A stretch of DNA of 22,667 bases from Clostridia bacterium (lineage in GTDB: Bacteria; Bacillota; Clostridia; TANB77; CAG-465): NCBI GenBank assembly GCA_045536565.1, contig JAZSNU010000007.1:1-22667 (forward strand), written 5' to 3'. The translations under genes and the position numbers were made by a program. The notes below the pieces were generated by a model, which worked only from the letters and a program-made list of their open reading frames with translations, was not told the DNA's origin and ran no database searches. This document shows, piece after piece, positions 1-9,129 of this stretch. Position 1 is the stretch's first letter; the number at the start of each line of letters is the position of its first letter.

Positions 1-1
1 A

Positions 2-33
2 TTTATTATTTATTATTTATTATTTATTATTTA
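2..33. repeat. 7-bp tandem repeat (TTTATTA)x4+ overlapping the CopA stop; may continue past the window edge
   Basis: TTTATTA at 2-8, 9-15, 16-22, 23-29, plus partial TTTA at 30-33. Confidence 0.6.
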
Positions 34-2227
34 TCTTTTTTAATCTTAAAGAATTAATCATAACTATAATACTACTTATTGTCATGGCAAATGCCGAATA
101 CATTGGATTTAAGAATATATTAAACTTACTAAATACACCACACGCTATCGGTATCATTACTATATTATATCCAAATGCCCAAAATAGATTTTGCTTTATT
201 ATTTTTATAGTTTTTTGACTAAGTTTAAGTAGCATATCTATTTTTGTAAGTTCTGAATTTAATACAACTATGTCACTACTATCTAATGCAATATCAGATG
301 CTCCCTCTAAGCTTACACCTATATCTGCATTTACTAAACTTGGTGCATCATTTATTCCATCACCTACCATCATAACTTTCTTGCCACTTTTCTTTATTTC
401 TTTAATTTTATTTGCTTTATCTTTTGGCAGTACATTTGCTATGATATTTTCTATTGCAATTTCTTTTGCTATTATACTAGCTGTTTTTTGATTATCTCCT
501 GTAAGCATTATAACTTGTATATTTTGTTTCTTTAATCTATTTATTAATTCTTTTGAAGACTTCCTTATTCTATCTTTTAACTGAATTGATGCTATAAGGA
601 TATTATCAATACTTAAATATATAACTATATTTCCGTCTTCATATAGATTTTCTATTTCTTCTTTATTAATATCTACATTATTTTTTAACATTAATTCTTT
701 ATTTCCAACTAATATGTCATGTCTTCTGAATTTTGCAACTATTCCCATACCTTGCAAGATTTCAAATTCTCTAATATTAAATAATTTTATACTTAACTCA
801 TTACATTTATCTAATATTGCTTTTGCTACTGGATGCTCTGATTTTTTCTCTAAACTTCCTACAACCTGCAATATTCCGTTTTCACTGAGAGAACTATATT
901 TGTTTATTTTTGCTATACTTAAATTCCCATCTGTTAAAGTACCAGTTTTATCAAATACAATAGTATCTATTTTATTTGTTTCTTCTAGCACCCTACTATT
1001 TTTTATTAATATTCCTCTTTTTGCACCAGTTGAAACCGCTGATACTATTGCTAGTGGAGTTGCAAGACCAAGTGCGCAAGGACATGCTACTACTAATGTA
1101 CTTACAAATATATTTATAGAAAATGCTAAACCTTTTCCTAAACATAACCATACTATACAAGCTAGTGCTGCAACACAAATTATACTAGGTACAAACCAAT
1201 AGCATAATTTATCTACAATTTTTGCAATCTTTGGCTTAGTATTTACTGCTTCTGTTACCATTTTTACTATCTCAGATACAGTACTATCTATACCAATCTT
1301 CTCTGCTCTATATTCTATGTATCCACCTGTATTTATACTTCCTGCAATAACTTTATCTCCTACTTTTTTATTTTTAGGAAGACTTTCCCCTGTTATAAAA
1401 GACTCATCTATATGTGCATTACCATTTATTATTACACCATCTACTGCTATTTTTTCACCAGGCTTGCATACTACAATATCACCTTTTTGTATTAAATCAA
1501 TACTTACTTTTATTTCTTCTGAATCTCTTAGCACCACAGCTTTACTTGGAGTTATAGTCATAAGTTTAGTTACTGCTTCTTTTGTCTTTATTTTATTTCT
1601 ACTGTCAATATATTTTCCTAATTTAGTAAATACCAAAACCATAACTGATGATTCAAAATATATTTTGTCAATATTAGAAGTATTAACTACAAGTGTTAAT
1701 ATCAATGAATATACACTATATAGATACGATGTAATTACTCCTATACTAATTAAACTATCCATATTTGGATTTTTATGTGCTAATCTTTTAATTCCATTTA
1801 TAATTCTATCAAATGATAAATAAGCGATAATTGTTGATAATATGCATAGTACTACTCCATATATTTTAGGACTTACACTTTTTGACAAAAATGATATTTC
1901 AGGTAATTTTATCATATGCCCCATTGATAAATACATCACTATCAATCCAAGAACTATTGTTATCCACAAATTTGTTTTTTCTTTTTTTACATTTCTTTTT
2001 TCTAATTCAAATGTATCAATCCCTAAACTTTTAAAGCCTTTCTGACTTACATAGTCATTTATTTTATTTAAATCTATTTCTTGCTCGTTATATTCGATAC
2101 TAGCATTACTCATAACAAGATTTACTTCTGCTTTTATTATTCCTTTTTGACTGTTTAAGTGTTTTTCTAATCCAGAAGAACATCCCGCACAAGTCATTCC
2201 TTCTATTTTTATTAGTACTTTTTTCAT
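20..2227 (-). CDS. copA: Heavy-metal-translocating P1B-type ATPase, Cu(I) type
   Basis: N-terminal HMA GMTCAGC, TGES, CPC, DKTGT, SEHP, GDGINDAP, and YN / MxxSS in the last helices (P1B-1 signature); GGAGG SD upstream. Confidence 0.9.
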   Translation of the reverse strand: MKKVLIKIEGMTCAGCSSGLEKHLNSQKGIIKAEVNLVMSNASIEYNEQEIDLNKINDYVSQKGFKSLGIDTFELEKRNVKKEKTNLWITIVLGLIVMYLSMGHMIKLPEISFLSKSVSPKIYGVVLCILSTIIAYLSFDRIINGIKRLAHKNPNMDSLISIGVITSYLYSVYSLILTLVVNTSNIDKIYFESSVMVLVFTKLGKYIDSRNKIKTKEAVTKLMTITPSKAVVLRDSEEIKVSIDLIQKGDIVVCKPGEKIAVDGVIINGNAHIDESFITGESLPKNKKVGDKVIAGSINTGGYIEYRAEKIGIDSTVSEIVKMVTEAVNTKPKIAKIVDKLCYWFVPSIICVAALACIVWLCLGKGLAFSINIFVSTLVVACPCALGLATPLAIVSAVSTGAKRGILIKNSRVLEETNKIDTIVFDKTGTLTDGNLSIAKINKYSSLSENGILQVVGSLEKKSEHPVAKAILDKCNELSIKLFNIREFEILQGMGIVAKFRRHDILVGNKELMLKNNVDINKEEIENLYEDGNIVIYLSIDNILIASIQLKDRIRKSSKELINRLKKQNIQVIMLTGDNQKTASIIAKEIAIENIIANVLPKDKANKIKEIKKSGKKVMMVGDGINDAPSLVNADIGVSLEGASDIALDSSDIVVLNSELTKIDMLLKLSQKTIKIIKQNLFWAFGYNIVMIPIACGVFSKFNIFLNPMYSAFAMTISSIIVMINSLRLKKINNK

Positions 2228-2291
2228 TTGGCACCTCCAAGACTAGCTATTATCTTTTTTATTAAATCTTTTTCTAAATCTTTTCTTCACT

Positions 2292-3209
2292 TTATTTTAA
2301 AAATCCTTTTATAATTTGCTCTTCTGCCTCTTTTTCAGAAAGCCCAAGAGTCATAAGTTTTGTAAGTTGTTCTCCTGCTATTTTTCCTATTGCCGCTTCA
2401 TGTATTAAATTAGCATCTACATTGTTTGCATTTATTGCCGGAACTGCTTTAACTTTTGCATTATCTCTTACTATTGCATCGCATTCTACATGTGCAAAAC
2501 ATTTTGAATTACCATGAATTTTAGATACAAATTCTTGCACGGATATATCAGTAGCAACAGACCTTGATGTTACATGACAACTTGCGTTTTCACCATTTAG
2601 TTTTAAATCAAATAAAGTCTTAGCATATTGTATGTCATGTGTCATTATCTTTTCAACAATTACTAAATTAGTATCTTCTGCAAGTTTTCCTTTTGTTTCT
2701 CTTATAGAAGAATCTACTCCCTTTATTTGCACAGATTCCATTTCAAGAGTGGCACCCTTTTTTAGCGTTATTTCTGTTACAGGATTTAATATTTTTTCTC
2801 CTGCCCCTTTACCTTCACCATAATGTTTTTCCACATATTTAACATGAGCGCCTTCTTCTAAAAAGAAGCTATGTATTCCATCATGTCTAGATACTTCATC
2901 GTGTGAATTGTGTATTCCACATCCTGCTATTATCTCTACATCCGCGTTTTTACCTATATAGAAATCATTATATACTATATCTGTTAATCCGCTTTCTGTT
3001 ATTATAACGGGAATATGGATAGTTTCTCCCTTTGTATTTTCATTTACAAAAACTTCTATTCCATTTTTATCTTCTTTATTTTTTATAGTCACATTTTCTG
3101 TTGTGCTTCTTTCAATAGATTTTCCGTTCTTCCTTATGTTATATGTTCCTGATAACTTTTCTTCGATTCCTGTTATTACATGTAACAAATTTTTATCTAT
3201 CTTATTCAC
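2292..3209 (-). CDS. SufB/SufD-family Fe-S assembly scaffold (short, SMS-like)
   Basis: AGCGIH, HVECDAI and HEAAIGKIAGEQLTKLMTLGLSEKEAEEQII C-terminus; GTG start with AGGAGG SD overlapping the upstream stop. Confidence 0.85.
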   Translation of the reverse strand: MNKIDKNLLHVITGIEEKLSGTYNIRKNGKSIERSTTENVTIKNKEDKNGIEVFVNENTKGETIHIPVIITESGLTDIVYNDFYIGKNADVEIIAGCGIHNSHDEVSRHDGIHSFFLEEGAHVKYVEKHYGEGKGAGEKILNPVTEITLKKGATLEMESVQIKGVDSSIRETKGKLAEDTNLVIVEKIMTHDIQYAKTLFDLKLNGENASCHVTSRSVATDISVQEFVSKIHGNSKCFAHVECDAIVRDNAKVKAVPAINANNVDANLIHEAAIGKIAGEQLTKLMTLGLSEKEAEEQIIKGFLK

Positions 3210-3924
3210 ATTTTCCTCCTTTTAAATGTAATTTACGAGGACATCTTGGTCCAACAACAGCAGGCATAATCTCGTTTCTTGTACCATGTTTTGCTATTTT
3301 ACCTTTATTTAATACTACTATCTCGTCTGCAATATTTAGTATTCTTTCTTGGTGAGATATTATTATGCTTGTCCCTTTTGTTTCATTTCTCATATTTTCA
3401 AATACTTCTATTAAATTGTTAAAACTCCATAAATCGATTCCTGCTTCTGGTTCATCAAATATATTAAGTTTTGCTTTTTTAACAGATACAGAAGCTATTT
3501 CTATTCTTTTAAGTTCACCACCTGAAAGTGATGAATTTATCTCTCTATCTATGTATTCCTTTGGACATAATCCAACATTTGATAATGCTTTATGAGCCTC
3601 CATTTTACTTATGTTTTTTCCTGCTGATAAATTTATAATATCATGAACTGTAATCCCTTTAAATTTAACTGGTTGTTGAAAAGCAAAACCTATTCCTAAT
3701 TTTGCTCTTTCATCTATCCCCAAATTAGAAATATCTTTGTTATTAAATATAACTTGTCCTTCATCTTGTTTTTCTATTCCCATTATAATTTTAGCAAGTG
3801 TAGATTTACCAGAACCGTTAGGCCCAGTAATTACAATAAATTTACCTGTATCTATTTTTAAACTCACATTATCTAATATTTTTTTATTATCTCTTGTAAA
3901 AGATATGTTTTTTAATTCTAACAT
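3202..3924 (-). CDS. SufC-like ABC ATPase
   Basis: GPNGSGKST, FQQP, LSGGELKRIEI, FDEPEAGID, ISHQ; coupled to the SufB-like gene. Confidence 0.85.
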   Translation of the reverse strand: MLELKNISFTRDNKKILDNVSLKIDTGKFIVITGPNGSGKSTLAKIIMGIEKQDEGQVIFNNKDISNLGIDERAKLGIGFAFQQPVKFKGITVHDIINLSAGKNISKMEAHKALSNVGLCPKEYIDREINSSLSGGELKRIEIASVSVKKAKLNIFDEPEAGIDLWSFNNLIEVFENMRNETKGTSIIISHQERILNIADEIVVLNKGKIAKHGTRNEIMPAVVGPRCPRKLHLKGGKCE

Positions 3925-3991
3925 CTATTTTCTCTCCTATTTTAGATATATAAATTATACTACAAATATGATATAAATACTAGTATTCCAA

Positions 3992-4024
3992 AAAAAATGC
4001 CTGAAATTATTTCAAGCATTTTTT
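3992..4024 (-). terminator. Intrinsic terminator, possibly bidirectional
   Basis: AAAAAATGCCTGAAAT / ATTTCAAGCATTTTTT imperfect inverted repeat flanked by A and T tracts, just after the 4029 stop. Confidence 0.7.
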
Positions 4025-4028
4025 CTTT

Positions 4029-4475
4029 TTATTCTTTCTCACTTGGTACATAATACGGACATGTTGGATATCTATCAGAAAATTTCTTCTTACAAAATGG
4101 CAATTTGTTTTTTCCTTTACAAATATTTTGTACATGATTCCTACAATCTTTTTTGCACTCAATATTCATATAATATATTTTTTTATCCTTTTTCTTTGCA
4201 TACTCTATCTCTGATTTTGCGCTTTCTCCAATATACCCATCTTTATTAACTACTAGTATAGCCTCTGACATATCCATCATTTGTCTATGCATTTTTGCTA
4301 ACTTTTCCAAAACGGATTTTTCACATTTAGTAGCCATACTATGCACAAAAACATGTGGCATTAATACTATATATCCTTCCAAAGTAAGTTTTTGTGCAGT
4401 TTCTAAAAACTCCTCTTTAAAATTTGTACTTCCACACAATGTTATTATTTTAAATTCATTTTTATCATTTTCCAT
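4029..4475 (-). CDS. Nucleoside 2-deoxyribosyltransferase-like (DUF4406-like) protein with Cys-rich C-terminal extension
   Basis: ITLCGS...H...D...ILVVNKDGYIGESAKSEIEYAK pattern; five Cys in the last ~42 aa; GAGGAGG SD. Confidence 0.6.
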   Translation of the reverse strand: MENDKNEFKIITLCGSTNFKEEFLETAQKLTLEGYIVLMPHVFVHSMATKCEKSVLEKLAKMHRQMMDMSEAILVVNKDGYIGESAKSEIEYAKKKDKKIYYMNIECKKDCRNHVQNICKGKNKLPFCKKKFSDRYPTCPYYVPSEKE

Positions 4476-4523
4476 TTCTACCCCTCCTCAAATTATTGAT
4501 TTTGTTTTATATAATTTCCGTAT

Positions 4524-4552
4524 AATATACCATATTTTTAATACATTTACAA
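4524..4552 (-). promoter_or_regulatory. Sigma-A-type promoter for the 4029-4475 gene
   Basis: TTGTAA (4552-4547), 17-bp spacer, TATATT (4529-4524) preceded by TGn. Confidence 0.55.
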
Positions 4553-4600
4553 TAATAATATATTTTTTATTCGTCTCCCCTTTATTATTTATGTAAAGTA

Positions 4601-4609
4601 TGATATAAT
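4601..4609 (+). promoter_or_regulatory. Extended -10 promoter element for the small + strand gene
   Basis: TGATATAAT at 4601-4609. Confidence 0.5.
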
Positions 4610-4662
4610 ATTTATATGATATTTAATAACATATACTTGATTAAGAAAATGGAGGACAAAAA

Positions 4663-4890
4663 ATGAATAACATTACATTTAACAAAATTATGGAAAGATT
4701 AATTAACAATTGGAGATTTGGTCATTCAATTTTGACTCTAATTTGTGTCTCATTATTATTAATTCCAATTATAGCAGGAAAGTATTTAGATGCTATTTCT
4801 AACATAGCATTAATATTTTTCGGAATTAATTGTTTGATTGGCTCTATAATGGATGCCATTATAGAAACAAACGATGGTCAAGAATATTAA
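4663..4890 (+). CDS. Small membrane protein of unknown function (2 predicted TM, 75 aa)
   Basis: GGAGG at 4651-4655, ATG at 4663, two hydrophobic segments, hairpin right after the stop. Confidence 0.7.
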   Translation: MNNITFNKIMERLINNWRFGHSILTLICVSLLLIPIIAGKYLDAISNIALIFFGINCLIGSIMDAIIETNDGQEY

Positions 4891-4896
4891 AAGAAT

Positions 4897-4924
4897 TAAG
4901 TCACGCATTATTTTGCGTGACTTA
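4897..4924. terminator. Hairpin at a convergent gene junction, probable terminator
   Basis: Perfect 11-bp stem TAAGTCACGCA / TGCGTGACTTA with a 6-nt loop, overlapping the last codons of the HD gene. Confidence 0.7.
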
Positions 4925-5690
4925 TATTTTGAAAGAGAAAAGAATTATACCAATCTATTATATGATGCATTTGTTCTTTTACAATATCACTTGTAAAATG
5001 TTTATTCACTCTTTGTGCAAACATTTCTAAATACTTTTTGTCTTTTAAATAGTTTAGTGAAAACTCAAAATTCAAATCGTATATAAAAGCATAAAATGTA
5101 GGAATAATATCTGCATTATTTTGAACTATACTATAATTAACATGCCTATAATTTTTCAAATCATCTAATAAAACTTCATTTATTTTATGACAATCAAATT
5201 CTTTATACCAAAATACACTTTCAAAATCATAGTTACAAATATTATAAAAAATATCTAATTTATCTGCATCTCTAATTATTCTAGAATGAAGTTTTTCTAT
5301 TTTTGTTAATCCATCATCTATTTTGTCTTTGTTATGATTTAAAATAGCTATTTTTATAACAGGATAATATTTTTTATCTATATCAAATTTTTCTATTAAA
5401 TTTTCTTCAAACAAAACTTTTATTCCCATTAATGCATGATTTTCAGATATTTTATCATTAAATGTATCATATCTCTTAACTTGTTCAAATCTACCTATAT
5501 CATGAAAAATCCCTATTGTTTCTGCTAAGTATATATTTTCATCATCTAAATTTAAACTTATTGCTATCTTTTTACTAAGCTCTGCAACCCTTAAAATATG
5601 CTCTATTTTTAATTTTATTTTTCCATCTTCATTATTATAATTTGCAACATAATCTTTAAATACTTCTCTTACTTTTTGTATATTAATCAT
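4908..5690 (-). CDS. HD-domain phosphohydrolase
   Basis: EHILRV...FHDIGRF...NHA...NHN...RDADKLD motifs. Confidence 0.85.
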   Translation of the reverse strand: MINIQKVREVFKDYVANYNNEDGKIKLKIEHILRVAELSKKIAISLNLDDENIYLAETIGIFHDIGRFEQVKRYDTFNDKISENHALMGIKVLFEENLIEKFDIDKKYYPVIKIAILNHNKDKIDDGLTKIEKLHSRIIRDADKLDIFYNICNYDFESVFWYKEFDCHKINEVLLDDLKNYRHVNYSIVQNNADIIPTFYAFIYDLNFEFSLNYLKDKKYLEMFAQRVNKHFTSDIVKEQMHHIIDWYNSFLFQNISHAK

Positions 5691-5756
5691 ATTTTTACCC
5701 TCTTATATATTTATATATATTATTATATTTTAAATGAATTTTCAATCTATTTAATA

Positions 5757-5795
5757 GAAAAAACATAACCCTTGCAAAATACAAAAGTTATGTTC
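5757..5795 (-). terminator. Intrinsic terminator of the TetR-ABC operon
   Basis: Minus strand AACATAACTTTTGTA-TTT-TGCAAGGGTTATGTT stem (G-U pairs favour the - strand) followed by a T-tract. Confidence 0.7.
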
Positions 5796-5801
5796 TTTTT
5801 A

Positions 5802-8402
5802 TTATTCTGTTCTTAATGCCTCTACTGGATCTTTCTTGCTTGCCATTTTAGCTGGTACTAAACCAGCAATCACAGTAAGCAACATACTAATTACAACAAG
5901 CACTATTGCACCTACCATAGGAAGTACAGATATAGTTGATATTCCAATTATTCCTTTTATAATTAGATTTATTGGAATATTTAAAAGTAATGTTACACCT
6001 ATACCTAAAAGACCAGCAACGAGTCCTACTATAAAGGTTTCAGCATTAAATACTCTTGAAATATCTTTTTTAGATGCACCAATTGCTCTGAGTATTCCTA
6101 TTTCTTTTGTTCTTTCTAGAACAGATATGTATGTAATTATTCCTATCATTATAGAAGAAACAACAAGTGAAATAGCAACAAACGCAATTAATACATATGT
6201 AATTACATCAATAATAGTAGTAACCGAATTCATCATAAGTCCAACAACATCAGTGTAATTTATTACATCCTCTTCTTTTCCCTCTAGCTCTTTATTTTTG
6301 TTATATTCCTCTATTGCATCTGCTAAGGCCTCTTTTGCATCAAAATCTTTCGCATATATATTTATTTTTGAAGGTTTTTCCAACTCTACTGCCCCAAGTT
6401 TTGTTAAATTATCATCATATGTAGAACCTACATTTGCTGTATATGCCTCCATAAGTTTAGTAATTTCTGCTTGGGTTAAAGTTTGCATCTGTATTTTTTG
6501 TTCATCAGTTAAAGCGGTATAATCAAATGCTTTTGATGTTGTATCTTTTGGGAAATCTAGTCCAGTAAATACATTTAAATTTTCATTTTCTTTTTGCTTT
6601 TTAACTATTTCTGATTCATTTGTTTTATTTATAACAAACTCTTCTAATGCCTTAGTATAGCCTATTCTTCCATATTCAGAGTTTGCTACTGTCTCATCAT
6701 TTATTTTTACTATTCCAACTATTTTAATACTTTCGGCATCATTTATTTTTTGTTTCATATACTCTTGATCTTCGCTTTTATCAACCCAAATATTATTTTC
6801 TTTTTCGTAGTAATCAGAGTTTAAAATTAATTTATATGAAAGACCTAATATATCATCATATGAATATTCCTTTGTTTCAAGTTTAGCAAGTTCTTCTCCT
6901 GATGTTAGTTTTTTAAATTCTTCTTCTAAATCATTTTGATCTAAAATACCAAGAGCATATAATGTATAATCACTTATTTCATTATCCTTTGTTACCATTA
7001 ATACTACTTCGTTATATTTTTCAGGGAATTTTCCTGCTAATACTTCATATTGAGAATTTAGTAACTCTTTATTATCTAAAAGTTCTGTCCACACATCAGT
7101 AGACATCATTCCCATAGAAGACATCATAGAGCTTGTAGTCTGGCCTTTCATCATTTCTCCAAATCCTATTTTTTCCATTACTGTGCTAGGATTAACTCTA
7201 ACAATACCATTTTCAGTATCTTCTTTATATAAATTTAAATTTAAGTTATAACTATACTCTATTGCGTTTATATTATCTTGTATTTCTAAATTACTTTCAT
7301 CATCTAGATACTTTTTAAATTCTTCTAAATTATTACTCTCAACCTTTGAAGACATAAATGTCATCATGTCACTCATGATATTTTTTGAGTATAATTTATT
7401 TTCATCTCTATTTTCTATTCCCTCAGTTTCTTCCATAAAATTTCCCATCATAGAAGACATATCTATTGTAGTTTCTTCTATTGTTATTGGATAAGAAGAT
7501 AATGTATCTTCCTCTACTTTATTAATATATTCGTGTACTCCATTAGATAGCGACATTATTAGGGCAATACCGATTATACCTATACTACCTGCAAAAGCAG
7601 TTAAAAATGTTCTACCTTTTTTTGTAAGTAAGTTATTCATACTAAGAGATAAAGCAGTAAAAAAGTTCATTGATGTTTTTTTAGTTTTACTATTCTTCTT
7701 TGTCTTTGTTACTTTTTGTTTCTCATCAAATGGATTTGTATCTTCTATGACTTTACCATCTAATACTTTAATTATTCTTGAAGAATACTTTTCTGCAATA
7801 TCCGGATTATGCGTAACCATTACTATTAATTTATCTTTGGCTATCTTCTTTAATAACTCCATTATTTGAATACTAGTTTTAGTATCTAGTGCCCCTGTTG
7901 GTTCGTCTGCCAAGATAATATCTGGATCATTAACTAATGCTCTTGCGATTGCAACTCTTTGCATTTGGCCACCAGATAATTGATTTGGTTTTTTATTTAT
8001 TTGGTCTTTTAGCCCTACATTTTCTAGTGCTTTTACGGCTCTTTTTCTTCTTTCTTCTTTTGATACCCCAGATAATGTAAGTGCAAGTTCTACATTAGAT
8101 AATACTGTTTGATGCGGTATTAAATTGTAGTTTTGAAATACAAAACCCACTGAGTGATTTCTATATGTATCCCAATCCCTATCATTAAAATCTTTTGTAG
8201 ACTTTTCGTTTATTATTAAGTCACCTTTTGTATATCTATCAAGACCACCTATAATATTTAAAAGCGTAGTTTTACCGCATCCGCTAGGCCCAAGTATTGA
8301 TACAAATTCGGATTCTCTAAATGAAATACTAACACCTTTTAACGCCTCTACTTTTGAATCTCCTGTTATATAATCTTTGGTAATATTTTTTAATTCTAAC
8401 AT
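5802..8402 (-). CDS. MacB/FtsX-like fused ABC ATPase-permease
   Basis: GPSGCGKTT, LSGGQMQR, ADEPTGALD, VTHN; large extracytoplasmic domain; ERTKEIGILRAIGA and DPVEALR FtsX-type C-terminus. Confidence 0.9.
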   Translation of the reverse strand: MLELKNITKDYITGDSKVEALKGVSISFRESEFVSILGPSGCGKTTLLNIIGGLDRYTKGDLIINEKSTKDFNDRDWDTYRNHSVGFVFQNYNLIPHQTVLSNVELALTLSGVSKEERRKRAVKALENVGLKDQINKKPNQLSGGQMQRVAIARALVNDPDIILADEPTGALDTKTSIQIMELLKKIAKDKLIVMVTHNPDIAEKYSSRIIKVLDGKVIEDTNPFDEKQKVTKTKKNSKTKKTSMNFFTALSLSMNNLLTKKGRTFLTAFAGSIGIIGIALIMSLSNGVHEYINKVEEDTLSSYPITIEETTIDMSSMMGNFMEETEGIENRDENKLYSKNIMSDMMTFMSSKVESNNLEEFKKYLDDESNLEIQDNINAIEYSYNLNLNLYKEDTENGIVRVNPSTVMEKIGFGEMMKGQTTSSMMSSMGMMSTDVWTELLDNKELLNSQYEVLAGKFPEKYNEVVLMVTKDNEISDYTLYALGILDQNDLEEEFKKLTSGEELAKLETKEYSYDDILGLSYKLILNSDYYEKENNIWVDKSEDQEYMKQKINDAESIKIVGIVKINDETVANSEYGRIGYTKALEEFVINKTNESEIVKKQKENENLNVFTGLDFPKDTTSKAFDYTALTDEQKIQMQTLTQAEITKLMEAYTANVGSTYDDNLTKLGAVELEKPSKINIYAKDFDAKEALADAIEEYNKNKELEGKEEDVINYTDVVGLMMNSVTTIIDVITYVLIAFVAISLVVSSIMIGIITYISVLERTKEIGILRAIGASKKDISRVFNAETFIVGLVAGLLGIGVTLLLNIPINLIIKGIIGISTISVLPMVGAIVLVVISMLLTVIAGLVPAKMASKKDPVEALRTE

Positions 8403-9019
8403 TTATCTTCCTCCTTCATAATTCCTCTTTCTATTATTTTAAGTTGCAAAACAAGTTCATTTTTTATATTTTCATATTCTTCTCTATTATTTAAAACTCC
8501 TATTACAGCTGTTCCAATAGACCTAAATACAAGCTCCAGCATAGCTTTTATTTCGTATTTATCACAAATACTGTATTTTGATATATCTATACACTTTAAT
8601 ATACTATTATCACAAGTTTCCATACATGACTCATCCTTTATGTCCATTATATTAATTCCTTTTGAAGCTATACCGTGAACTGCATTTTCAATAAATTTAA
8701 TATCTTGTTCGTTTTGTTTGTTACTTAACATTTCATCAAATACAATAATAGCTGATTTAAAAATATCACCATTATTCGAAACAATTACCGTTTTTATTTC
8801 TTGCTTTTTGGAATGTATAAACTCTTTTAATATGTATATTATTGCTTCTTCTTTATCTTTAAAATATTGATAAAAACTTCCTTTTGCTATTTTACTTTCT
8901 TCTACTATCCTATTTACCGATACATCTTCAAGAGGCACTCTACTAAACTCTTTCTTTATAGCATTTATTATATTATTCTTTTTTTCTCCACTTAGTTTAT
9001 AGAATGTTTCACTTGGCAA
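8396..9019 (-). CDS. TetR/AcrR-family regulator; probable start is TTG at 9019, not 9037
   Basis: HTH VSVNRIVEESKIAKGSFYQYFKDKE; AAAGGGGTGA SD upstream of TTG-CCA-AGT (MPSETFYKL); overlaps the ABC start. Confidence 0.85.
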   Translation of the reverse strand: MPSETFYKLSGEKKNNIINAIKKEFSRVPLEDVSVNRIVEESKIAKGSFYQYFKDKEEAIIYILKEFIHSKKQEIKTVIVSNNGDIFKSAIIVFDEMLSNKQNEQDIKFIENAVHGIASKGINIMDIKDESCMETCDNSILKCIDISKYSICDKYEIKAMLELVFRSIGTAVIGVLNNREEYENIKNELVLQLKIIERGIMKEEDKC

Positions 9020-9041
9020 AAAGCTCACCCCTTTCAAAAAA

Positions 9042-9086
9042 AGTGACTACAAGTCATATATTACCATGACCACTAGTCACTGTCAA
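9042..9086 (-). promoter_or_regulatory. Sigma-A promoter with two TGAC-N5-GTCA operators (probable TetR autoregulation)
   Basis: TTGACA (9086-9081), 17-bp spacer, TAATAT (9063-9058) with TGn; palindromes TGACTACAAGTCA at 9044-9056 and TGACCACTAGTCA at 9067-9079. Confidence 0.75.
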
Positions 9087-9129
9087 CACATTATACAAAT
9101 GTTTACAATTTTTTCACATATATAATAAT

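Noticed and set aside
563-565. AGG as a similar frameshift trigger
   Set aside because: In-frame AGG-A codons in copA, the sufB-like gene and tetR are followed by conserved in-frame sequence.
996-1178. 60-aa - strand ORF inside copA
   Set aside because: Alternative frame within an intact gene; no SD and no motif.
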